The notes below the pieces were generated by a model. It was given only the letters and a program-made list of their open reading frames with translations. It was not told the origin of the DNA and ran no database searches. Of a DNA stretch of 64,000 nt, positions 10,925 to 19,987 are shown in pieces. Source of the stretch: Candidatus Poribacteria bacterium (GTDB lineage: Bacteria > Poribacteria > WGA-4E > WGA-3G); the NCBI GenBank assembly GCA_964291315.2, contig OZ219753.1, positions 2,240,001-2,304,000 of the forward strand, written 5' to 3'. The stretch's first letter is position 1. Each line of letters opens with the position of its first letter. Both the position numbers and the translations under genes were made by a program.

Positions 10925-11815
10925 TCAGTCAGAGAATCGGACTGAAAATAAGGTGTTCTGTGAACCGTATCCGTCATTGACAAGGGCGTAGTCTAAGCCG
11001 ATATTACCGCGTTGGTAGCCGAAGCCGGCGGTAAGTCCGTGCCTAAATCGCCAGCCTAATCGAATTGCAAATTTGGCGTGCCTCGTCTTGTATTGATATT
11101 CAGCTCCAATAAGCGGTATACCGCTAGCTATGTCGACAGCTGCTAGCAACGTGTCCGATTTTCCAGTAGGCATGTTGACTCTTACGGCAGTGCCAATACG
11201 CCATTCGCGCGAGAGTGCCTCGTTATAGGTTGCGGATTCAAGTCGGTGGTACGACAAATTTGAGAACAGGTTCGGGAATACAGCTCCAAGACTAATGCGT
11301 TGGTTAATGAAACGGAGCTGAATACCCGCATCTACGCCCCATCCGTTTCCGTGTCCTAAAGGCGTTTGTTCGAGATTCACCGAGGTGCTAAAATATTTGG
11401 CATTCATACCGACGTTCAGTTTTTCCCAGATGCAAGTTGCAGCCGACAGCAGTACAATCCGTTCGTGTGAGAGTCCATGTGTATCGCTTGAGTTGAGGAT
11501 TGCTGCGCCAACGGTTTGGCTCGCTCGAATTGGATGTGCAGCGCCTACAAAACTATAACCGATTAGCCCGTATAGGTCGAGATAGCTGACACCGATTTCG
11601 GAGTTAGGTAAGCGCGCCAAACCCGCCGGGTTGCCTATCAGCGCGCTGGTATCCTGCGTTGCTGCCGAGTAGGCCCCGCCCATTCCTGCGGGGGCCGCCA
11701 TGAGCTGAATGTTCTCGAACGCCGCGCTGGCCTGTTCATTTAACAGCAAGATTAACATAAACAAGAAACACCGGTAGCGTTGAGTAGGGGAAAACAGGTA
11801 ATTCGGGTTTTTCGT
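10925..11815 (-). CDS. PorV/PorQ-like outer-membrane beta-barrel protein; likely start at ACG 11815 (ORF track starts at TTG 11764)
   Basis: AAFE..A..AGMGGAYSA..D..A..GNPAGL; GWGVDAG; alternating C-terminal beta strand LFSVRF; AAGGAGG 6 nt before an in-frame ACG. Confidence 0.7.
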   Translation of the reverse strand, partial: TKNPNYLFSPTQRYRCFLFMLILLLNEQASAAFENIQLMAAPAGMGGAYSAATQDTSALIGNPAGLARLPNSEIGVSYLDLYGLIGYSFVGAAHPIRASQTVGAAILNSSDTHGLSHERIVLLSAATCIWEKLNVGMNAKYFSTSVNLEQTPLGHGNGWGVDAGIQLRFINQRISLGAVFPNLFSNLSYHRLESATYNEALSREWRIGTAVRVNMPTGKSDTLLAAVDIASGIPLIGAEYQYKTRHAKFAIRLGWRFRHGLTAGFGYQRGNIGLDYALVNDGYGSQNTLFSVRFSD

Positions 11816-11927
11816 GTGTCGCCTCCTTAGGACTCAATAGCCGGAGCACAACCGTGCCAACGGCTCCTACAAATAGGATAGCATATTTGATACATTTGCG
11901 ACTTGGAATAAACTGCTCTTTTTTGAT

Positions 11928-11957
11928 TTGACGTAATACTATTGTAGATGGTATACT
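11928..11957 (+). promoter_or_regulatory. Sigma70-type promoter for the 12148-15436 operon
   Basis: TTGACG-18 nt-TATACT with TG extension. Confidence 0.5.
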
Positions 11958-12147
11958 ATAGAGGTTAGCATGTATTCAATAGAAAACGTCAACGGCTGTC
12001 TACTGCTTGCAATTACCCATCTCTGGGGATTTTGGCGTGAGAATTGTCCTATTTCATGAAAAAGCTCACACTTGCGGGAGAAAAAATGGACAGCATAGAA
12101 TTTACTTACCTATATCGTTTAACGATAGCAATTCTTAAGGAGGAACA

Positions 12148-12948
12148 ATGACAGATTTGTTTAAAAGTGTAGGAGTAATGTACGCGAGTCTCATGGCAGT
12201 CTTTTTGCTGATAGTGCTGCCCGCCCTTGCAGACATTGATTCCAAGAATATCATGGGAATGTGGCTCTTTGACGAAGGGAAAGGCGGAGTCGCCACGGAC
12301 TCATCAGAACAAGAAAATGATGGCGACATCCACGGCGCAAAGTGGGTAGATGGGAAATTTGGCAAAGCCTTGGAATTTGACGGGGTTGGCAATTGGGTTG
12401 AGGTGCCGCACTCACAGAGCGTTGGGTTTAAAGCAGGCGTGTCATTCACAATTACCCTTCATTTCAAAGGTACGAAGGTCGGTGGATCGCTCGTCGGAAA
12501 GAACTATGAAGATACATCGCAAGCACTTCCGTGGTACCTACTTTGGGACAACGGGTCGGATAACAAAGTAACGCTCTATCTACGCGACAGTGCAGCAACT
12601 AGTTTCCGAGCAGACGGCACAACCGTTATCGGCGACGACAAATGGCACTTCATCGCCGGTCGCGCGGATGCCGACACAAGTAAGGTTTCCATATGGATAG
12701 ACGGCAAAATGGAAGCCGAAGTAGATTTTAATGAAAAAGAAGGGTACGGTACCAGTGAAGGGGTGTTTCATATCGGACGGCACTACGACCGGTTTACGGC
12801 TGGCATCATTGATGATGTTGCTCTCTTTAACGTGGCTTTAGAAGAAGAAGATATGGACGCAATTATGAACAATGGCGTTGAAACCGCTGCCGCAGTTGAC
12901 CCTATACGTAAATTGACGACGACGTGGAGCAGAATCAAACGCCAATAG
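12148..12948 (+). CDS. Secreted LamG/concanavalin A-like domain protein with C-terminal TTW motif
   Basis: Signal peptide; WLFDEG, GKFGKALEFDG, WHFIA, GIIDDV; ends AVDPIRKLTTTWSRIKRQ; AAGGAGG RBS. Confidence 0.85.
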   Translation: MTDLFKSVGVMYASLMAVFLLIVLPALADIDSKNIMGMWLFDEGKGGVATDSSEQENDGDIHGAKWVDGKFGKALEFDGVGNWVEVPHSQSVGFKAGVSFTITLHFKGTKVGGSLVGKNYEDTSQALPWYLLWDNGSDNKVTLYLRDSAATSFRADGTTVIGDDKWHFIAGRADADTSKVSIWIDGKMEAEVDFNEKEGYGTSEGVFHIGRHYDRFTAGIIDDVALFNVALEEEDMDAIMNNGVETAAAVDPIRKLTTTWSRIKRQ

Positions 12949-12958
12949 CGGGGAAATC

Positions 12959-14068
12959 ATGAAACGGATACAGGCAGGGCTAGCCTTAGCACTTCTGCTA
13001 TTTGCAGGACTCAATTGCGGAACAGAAAGCCCTATTGAGGAAAAAGGAGACGTTGTCGGGATCGAAACCCAGACAGGCATGTTGCAAGGAGAGATACAAC
13101 CCATTGAAGGTATCCTGATTCAGGTCCGCTTACTCAGAAACGGACAACTCTTAACGCAGCTCGAGACACAAGCAACTTATGAACTTGAGGGTGTCGAAGC
13201 CGGAAGTTACACCCTCCGGATATCAGCCAAGGGCTATGAAACCAGAGATATCCGTGTCACAGTCGTTGCCGGACAAAGTGTTTCCGTGGATAAAGTGACG
13301 CTTGCAGCGTTAGAATCTCCACTCTCACATCTACGGGGAAGACTAACCGATGTGACGAGCAGTGCCCCAATTTCGGAAGTTCATCTCCAGCTTATCGATA
13401 AAATGGGCAAAGTCTACGAGGCATTAACAACAGAAGCAGGCGTGTTCGCCTTTGAAAACCTCCCGGTAGGGCAAGGCTTCACCTTGAAAATCGAACATGA
13501 GGATTATGAGCGTACCGAGGTGGCGGTGCAACCGATACCTGAAGCCGAGACGTTGGCGATCGATCTGAAACTGATCCCGCTGCCGGCAGTGGAGGCATTG
13601 GCCCCAGGTCAAGGCTTGAACATTGGCAGCCGGGCCCCTGATTTTGAACTGTCCGATGGTAACGGCGAAGGGCATAAACTTGCTAATTACATCGGGAAAG
13701 AAAACGTGGTTATCGTCTTCTTTCGCGGTGTCTGGTGACCCTTTTGTAGAGGACAACTCGTTGAGTTGCAAAAGAACTATTTAGCAATCAAAGCCGCCGG
13801 TGCAGATCTTATCGCGATTAGTTCTGATGGTGAACCCGCGACGCAACAGAACGTCCAAAACCAAGGACTTACATTTGTTGTGTTGGCAGATCCGGATGTG
13901 ACAACTATTGCCGATTACAATGTTGTTGATCCAGCCAATAAGCGGATCGCGCGTCCCGCGTCTTATGTTCTGAAGAAAGACGGAACAATCGCTTGGAAAT
14001 CCCTTGAGGGTGTGGCGATGCGGACGCCGACGGCACAAATTCTCACAGAATTAGGTAAGCTTCAATGA
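12959..14068 (+). CDS. Predicted selenoprotein: lipoprotein-type signal, two carboxypeptidase-regulatory-like beta-sandwich domains and an AhpC/TSA (Prx-like) domain, Sec at TGA 13736-13738
   Basis: ORFs 12959-13738 and 13766-14068 are in frame; read-through gives FFRGVW-U-PFCRGQLVELQK (UxxC in place of CxxC) and 369 aa. Confidence 0.85.
13741..13774 (+). promoter_or_regulatory. Putative bacterial SECIS hairpin
   Basis: CTTTTG/CAAAAG lower stem; CAACTC-GTT-GAGTTG upper stem-loop starting 15 nt after the UGA. Confidence 0.6.
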
Positions 14069-15191
14069 AATCTCACGATTCAGTCACAGCAAGCATCATT
14101 GCTGATAGCCAAGAGGCGGAACACGACCGAGATAAACTTAGCCGACGACAGTTTTTAAATCGACTGGTTTCCGTGGGGTTGGAGGCATCGGTGGTAGTCT
14201 CACCACGTTTCCCGCACTTGCTCAGACGCGTAGTGGACAATTACAACCTGAAAACACACAAACAGTCCCGCTGACACCGGTTGTTGAGGCTGTCGGTAAA
14301 GAGGTTTGGGAGGACGACCAGCTCAATGAAGGCGCGGTTAGTGAACTGCTCGATCAGGCGATGATGAAACTCACTGGCCGCTCCTCTGCTAAAGAGGCGT
14401 GGCGAGATATTGTTCTCCCTGACGATATTGTGGGCATAAAAATCAATCCACTCGGCGGGCCTGACCTCAGGACGCATCCTATCATTGTTGACAAAATCGT
14501 TGAAGGGTTATATGGTGCTGGTGTCCTCAACAAACAGGTTATTATTTGGGATCGGTTTGAAAAACACCTCTTGAACGCTGGTTACCCGATTAAGCAAGAC
14601 GCTAGTGAGGTCCGAACTGTTGCTTCCGACACAGAAGGTATCGGGTATGACAACGAGGTGTTTTACGAAAGTGAAAAGGATAGCATCACCCGGCGAGAAA
14701 ATGGAAGTACCTTCTCCCGGTATTCTCGGATCGTCACACAGATGGTAGATGTGCTGATTAATGTTCCCGTCCTGAAACACCATGCAATGGCAGGAGTGAG
14801 CGGATGTTTAAAGAATTTAGCATTCGGTAGTGTCGATAATACGCGCAGGTTCCATGGAAAACCGCTCTATTGTAATCCGGCGATCGGTGAGATTTTGGAA
14901 CATAAGGTGTTGAAACAGAAATTGGTTCTGAATATTGTCGACGGCTTGCTCGCCTCATTCGACAAAGGGCCGACATATCATGCCGAAAGCACATGGCAAT
15001 ATGGCAGTCTCTTTGTGAGCGCCGATCCGGTTATCCTTGATGTGCTAGTGCTTCAGACCGTTAACCAGAAGCGCGAGGAGATGGACTTAGATTCCGTGTC
15101 TAAGTTCTCCAACCATATCAGCAACGCTAGTGCGCTAGGTTTAGGAACAAATACTCTGGATCAAGCGGATCTTCAGAGAATTGAGGTTTAA
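14065..15191 (+). CDS. Tat-exported DUF362 family protein, interrupted by a 1-nt frameshift at GGGG 14175-14178
   Basis: SRRQFL Tat motif in 14065-14274; adding one G gives ..VSVGVGGIGGSLTTFPALA|QT.. in frame with 14361-15191 (GIKIN, THP, INVPVLKHH..GVSGCLKN, DPV.LD). Confidence 0.75.
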
Positions 15192-15193
15192 CA

Positions 15194-15436
15194 ATGAAAT
15201 GCAGATGGGGCCGTCTATTTTCCATTTTGATTTTCTTTGGCGTTGTGATGATGTTTTCAGGGTGCACTGTGTCCTTCACCCAGAACGACACGCTCCACCT
15301 GGGCATATCAGAACCGACAGAGAAAGTGATGTCCATCGTTGCCGAGTTTGAAGCCAGCGAGACGGATAGCGTAGCGGGTGACGTAACGCAAAAGTCGGGT
15401 AGCGTCTGTGCCGGAGGGGCATGTATTATCTATTAG
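15194..15436 (+). CDS. Small putative lipoprotein with C-terminal CAGGAC
   Basis: Hydrophobic N-terminus with FSGC lipobox-like site; starts 2 nt after the previous stop. Confidence 0.55.
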   Translation: MKCRWGRLFSILIFFGVVMMFSGCTVSFTQNDTLHLGISEPTEKVMSIVAEFEASETDSVAGDVTQKSGSVCAGGACIIY

Positions 15437-15644
15437 CAGGTTTCTGGCCGCCCTGTAGCACTCCCCCCAAATTTGAATAAACGTCGTAAACCCCACTACT
15501 TATTCCATCCAATAGCCATCAGTCAAATAAAAATAGAGCGTGTAACGGATGTGAGAAACAGAGCTGTTACAAAATACCAACTGACGACTTTAAATCACAA
15601 CACAAACGGCGGTTTGATGAAGGGTCTGTGGTATGAGAAAGCTA

Positions 15645-16229
15645 TTAATCCAACTTGATTTTGCCCCAAGTTGTCGTTAAATTCGCAGTCGGATCCACCG
15701 GAAGTACACCTTCCTCAACGAAGATAGTCCACATAATGACAGGGTCTCCGATAACCTCGTCAATACCGAGTAGTTCCACTTTTCCGTCATAGGGTTCATT
15801 AGATTTATAGATGAAATACTCGGTCGGATCATGCGGTGCATCAAGCATCAGTATTTCGCCTGTATCGGTGTAAGCTTTTGTAAACCACCCCTTCGGATCT
15901 TGTCTGCGCTCTTCTGGACGTTTATGCCGGCTATCCCAGGCAGTATAGACATGAGCCGGTCGGTCAATGTTAAACGTCAACTTATAGTCTTGTCCACCCG
16001 GGCAGTCCGCTGACGTAGAAACTTGTGTTAATCCTAGAAACTCTTTCGGGATATGCGTAATCGTATAGTCCCGATCGTGGAAAAATTTACCGCCTTCTTC
16101 CAACTCGACGGCTTCATAGGTACCGCCCTTATTGTCCTCTATCTCCGTTACCACCACCTGGTCCGCAGACAGTGTCAATGAAGTCGCGATGAGTAGGGCA
16201 GCTATATATACAGATACGTTCGGTTTCAT
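15645..16229 (-). CDS. Secreted hypothetical protein with C-terminal TTW motif
   Basis: Signal peptide, AAGGAG RBS; ends PVDPTANLTTTWGKIKLD. Confidence 0.8.
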   Translation of the reverse strand: MKPNVSVYIAALLIATSLTLSADQVVVTEIEDNKGGTYEAVELEEGGKFFHDRDYTITHIPKEFLGLTQVSTSADCPGGQDYKLTFNIDRPAHVYTAWDSRHKRPEERRQDPKGWFTKAYTDTGEILMLDAPHDPTEYFIYKSNEPYDGKVELLGIDEVIGDPVIMWTIFVEEGVLPVDPTANLTTTWGKIKLD

Positions 16230-16358
16230 CTTTGATACTCCTTATTAAAAACCTCATGGAAAACTTGAAAAAAAACACCATTTGTGTCATACTTATGATT
16301 ATATAACAAATTTTTAAATTTTGAAAAACAAATTTCCGATGTAGAGAAGGAAACCACA

Positions 16359-16658
16359 ATGGTTGAACACATCGTCCTACTCAAGTTAAAATCTGGGGTG
16401 CTTGAAGCGCACCTGGAGGCCCTGTCGGATGCCCTTTTAGGAATGGCGGATGAGATCCCCGGGATCGAATCGATAACTGCTGGTGTGAACAATAGTCCTG
16501 AGGGGAAAAGTCAAGGGTATAGTTACGGTTTTATTGTCCGTTTTAAAGATGAAGCGTCCCGCGATGCCTATCTACCGCATCCTTTTCACCATCAAGTGGC
16601 GGCTGATCACATTCGTCCTTTGGTTGAGGATGTTCTCGTTTTCGACTATTCTGTTTAA
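16359..16658 (+). CDS. Dabb family stress-responsive A/B barrel protein
   Basis: HIVLLK, IPGI, G.N.SPE, F..E..RDAYLPHP.H, DVLVFDY. Confidence 0.9.
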   Translation: MVEHIVLLKLKSGVLEAHLEALSDALLGMADEIPGIESITAGVNNSPEGKSQGYSYGFIVRFKDEASRDAYLPHPFHHQVAADHIRPLVEDVLVFDYSV

Positions 16659-16790
16659 GCGAGACGGCAGTCTCGGTATCGCAGTTCACGGTCCGATAGT
16701 CTTTTTAATTTTTATTTTTTGGCGAGGCATCTCATTGCCCCGGGCGTTAAGCGTTTTGCAATAGCCTCGTCTTGTGTGGAGGGACCATAG

Positions 16791-18179
16791 ATGAGTTTGA
16801 ATATAGTAGTGGTTGTCTCGGATACACTTCGTACAGCGTATCTCAGTCCGTATGGTAACGATTGGATTCATACCCCGAATTTGGCGCGGTTTGCCGAACA
16901 GAGTGTGAAATTTACAAATGCGCATCCGGAGTGTTTACCGACAATCCCGACGCGTCGCACCCTACACACCGGTAGGCGTGCCTATCCGTTCAGCAGCTAT
17001 ACTCCTGTGCCGTGGGACAACGTGTATACCCCCGGTTGGCAGCCGATGTCTGCTGACGAGCCTGCGATTGCTGAATCGCTTGTCCAAAACGGGTATCATA
17101 CTGGTTTCTTCGCGGATGTACCTCATTACTTTGTACCGGGCATGAACTTTACGAGAGGTTTCCGCCAGTGGGAATTCATTCGAGGGCAAGCGGAGGATAG
17201 GTACCGGGGTGCGGCGCATGCTGATCCTGCGTTACTCTCTCGCTACCGCGGAAATCCGAGTCGTATCCGTTCCCATATTGTGAACGTCCAACCCGAACGT
17301 CCAGAGGAAACTTGGCATGCAGCGAGGTTGTTCCGATCGGCTATCGAATTCGTTGAACACAACTATCAAAATACTCCTTTTTATCTGTATGTAGACAGTT
17401 TTACCCCGCATGAGACGTGGGAGGCCCCTATTCACTACTACGACCTCTATGGCAAGCGCGAAGACCGGGAACCGATCTGCCTCAACCTGCCTTACGGTTC
17501 ACTCAACGATAAGGAGCTTGAAGAGCGCCTGCCGAGCGTTAAAGCCAACTATGCCGGTCTGGTAACCCTTGTGGATACATGGTTTGGGAAACTAGTGGAT
17601 ACCATCGATCGCCTAGGGCTGCGTGAGAACACACTCATCATCTTCCTTGCGGACCACGGTACAAACTTCGCGGAGAACCCAGACAAGGCGACTGGCAAAC
17701 CCGCTAATTTCATGTATCCAGGGACGATGGATATTCCTATGATGGTCAGCCATCCGTCAGGTGTTAATGCTGGTACGACGTGTGATGAATTCGTCTATAC
17801 GCTCGATGTCCCGGCAACTGTGATAGCGGCAACTCAGGTTGAACCTGCAGGTGAGATACAGGGACAGAGTCTCCTACCACTTGTGGAGGATAAAAGCGGT
17901 TTCATGTCTCGCGAATATCTCACCTGTCGCTATGTGAACTCCGTCTGGTATAAAGACGCGAGGAGTTGGTACTTCTCCAGCGTTGACTTCCAGCAAGATA
18001 TCCGACTGTTTGACCTTGAGGCAGATGTAACATGTCAGCATGACATCGCTGACCGCGGTGCTGATCGGATCGCGCTTGCAAAAGAGCGGATTTTGGCTGA
18101 TGCAAATGGACATTTGCCTCTCTACAAACGCCAAGGCAGAACGGATGCCCTCGGTAGACCACAGTTTGCAGAGGCATAG
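16791..18179 (+). CDS. Sulfatase / alkaline phosphatase superfamily hydrolase
   Basis: VVSDTLR, TPNL, TIPTRR..HTG, PHE.W, ADHG. Confidence 0.85.
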   Translation: MSLNIVVVVSDTLRTAYLSPYGNDWIHTPNLARFAEQSVKFTNAHPECLPTIPTRRTLHTGRRAYPFSSYTPVPWDNVYTPGWQPMSADEPAIAESLVQNGYHTGFFADVPHYFVPGMNFTRGFRQWEFIRGQAEDRYRGAAHADPALLSRYRGNPSRIRSHIVNVQPERPEETWHAARLFRSAIEFVEHNYQNTPFYLYVDSFTPHETWEAPIHYYDLYGKREDREPICLNLPYGSLNDKELEERLPSVKANYAGLVTLVDTWFGKLVDTIDRLGLRENTLIIFLADHGTNFAENPDKATGKPANFMYPGTMDIPMMVSHPSGVNAGTTCDEFVYTLDVPATVIAATQVEPAGEIQGQSLLPLVEDKSGFMSREYLTCRYVNSVWYKDARSWYFSSVDFQQDIRLFDLEADVTCQHDIADRGADRIALAKERILADANGHLPLYKRQGRTDALGRPQFAEA

Positions 18180-18215
18180 TTTTAAATAGAGCTTACCCCA
18201 AAAAAAGAGGTAATA

Positions 18216-18710
18216 ATGATGCGTAATTTCGAACGACTATCTCCATTTTTTGTTGTTCTTATTTTTCTGATGAGCGGAGCCACGCCATCAACTGAAAACC
18301 CAAAACCAGAGGTGGTTGAACTACACGGCAATATTGTTTGCTTAGCCGAAGAGATGCATAGACTCTATAATGCAGAACTCTTTAAAACGCATCCTCATCT
18401 TTATGGTGTTAAAACCAAAAAAGGTAAATATTATACCGTCCTGCGTACATCATTGGCCGAGGCTCTCTTTATTGACGAGCGACTCCATGAAAAAGATCTA
18501 ATTATTAACGGACGCGTCTTTCCAAATACGCAACTATTGGAGGTAATCCGATTCGCCTCCATCAAGAATGACGTTGTACATGAACTCTACTACTATTGCG
18601 ACACATGCTTCATTCGTGCCGTTGCCCCGGGGAATTGCGACTGTTGCCAAGCCCCCGTTGTGCTTATTGAGAAACCGCTAAGTATTGATTCCACAATACC
18701 GTCACCATAG
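18216..18710 (+). CDS. Exported hypothetical protein with Cys-rich metal-binding C-terminus
   Basis: Signal-like N-terminus; YYYCDTC..PGNCDCCQ. Confidence 0.7.
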   Translation: MMRNFERLSPFFVVLIFLMSGATPSTENPKPEVVELHGNIVCLAEEMHRLYNAELFKTHPHLYGVKTKKGKYYTVLRTSLAEALFIDERLHEKDLIINGRVFPNTQLLEVIRFASIKNDVVHELYYYCDTCFIRAVAPGNCDCCQAPVVLIEKPLSIDSTIPSP

Positions 18711-18789
18711 GAGCGTTAACTCGTTCCAACTTAACCGCGAAACGTTGTGGAATGTAATGGAGAAACAACCAGATTTGATAGGGTAAAAG

Positions 18790-19983
18790 ATGGAAAAGCG
18801 ACCTAAAATCGCAGCGATTGTGACGATCTATCACAAATACTCGCATGCGCAACACATTGTCGACAGATTCCTGGAAGGCTACGGCTGGAACGGCCGACAT
18901 CACTATCCGCCTATGGACCTCGTCTCTGTCCACGTCGAACAAGTTAAAGACGACGACCTCAGTCGTGGTCGGTTGGAACGTTTTCCATCAGTAAAGGGAT
19001 ATCCCACAATTGCCGAAGCACTCACCCTCGGAAGCGAGAAATTGGCTGTTGACGGTGTGCTGCTCATCGGCGAACACGGTGAATATCCGACTAACGAAAA
19101 AGGACAACGCCTCTATCCGCGTTACGAACATTTCAAGCAGATGGCTGAGGTTTTCGAAAAAAGTGGGCGCGGCGTGCCTGTGTTCAATGATAAACACCTC
19201 TCTTGGAATTGGAAGTGGGCGCGTGAGATGTACGACATCTCCCAAAACATGGACTTTGCATTTATGGCAGGATCGTCACTCCCCGTTACGTGGCGCATTC
19301 CCTCTATCGACATGCCATTGGGTGTAACAGTCTCCGAGGCAGTCTGCGTCGGTTACGGCGGTGTGGATAGCTACGATTTCCATGCCCTGGAAACTTTACA
19401 GTGTATGGTCGAACGGCGCGAAGGAGGCGAAAGTGGTGTCAAATGGCTGCAGGCGTATCGCGGCGAGGCGTTCTGGGAAGCACACCATACGGAGCTCTGG
19501 TCGCGTGAACTCTTTGAAACTGCCCTTTGCCGCAGCCATACCCTCACACCATCGCGCCCCGGGTTCAACAACTTGTTTCCAAATATCGACGCGTTGAAGG
19601 AGATCGTAAAAGACCCGATAGCTTATCAGTATGAGCACAACGATGGGTTGAAATCTACAATGATTCTGATGAACGGATTGGTGCAAGATTTCAACTTCTC
19701 TGCTTACATCGAGTCAAACAACAAAATTCTTTCAACACAGATGTATCTGCCGATGCCACCGACACGGACGACACTGGCAAACTTTTTCTCTCCGCTGGTT
19801 AACAACATCGAAAAAATGTTTCTGACTGGTGAAGCAACCTATCCAGTCGAACGCACGTTGTTGACTACTGGACTCGTTGCAACAGGTGTTGAGAGTCTCT
19901 TTACTGAAGGCAAGAAGCAAGAGACACCGCATTTAGACATCACCTATCAATCCCCTGAGGCATCAACCTTTTGGAGGACCTAA
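18790..19983 (+). CDS. Conserved hypothetical NAD(P)-binding-like protein (paralog 1)
   Basis: DGVLLIGEHGEYP.N, NDKHL, AGSSLPVTWR, FHALE.LQCMVERR; similar to the adjacent gene. Confidence 0.85.
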   Translation: MEKRPKIAAIVTIYHKYSHAQHIVDRFLEGYGWNGRHHYPPMDLVSVHVEQVKDDDLSRGRLERFPSVKGYPTIAEALTLGSEKLAVDGVLLIGEHGEYPTNEKGQRLYPRYEHFKQMAEVFEKSGRGVPVFNDKHLSWNWKWAREMYDISQNMDFAFMAGSSLPVTWRIPSIDMPLGVTVSEAVCVGYGGVDSYDFHALETLQCMVERREGGESGVKWLQAYRGEAFWEAHHTELWSRELFETALCRSHTLTPSRPGFNNLFPNIDALKEIVKDPIAYQYEHNDGLKSTMILMNGLVQDFNFSAYIESNNKILSTQMYLPMPPTRTTLANFFSPLVNNIEKMFLTGEATYPVERTLLTTGLVATGVESLFTEGKKQETPHLDITYQSPEASTFWRT

Positions 19984-19987
19984 GTGT

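Noticed and set aside
11843-11860. Sigma54-like TGGCAC..TGC upstream of the PorV-like gene
   Set aside because: GG-to-GC spacing is 9 nt rather than the required 10
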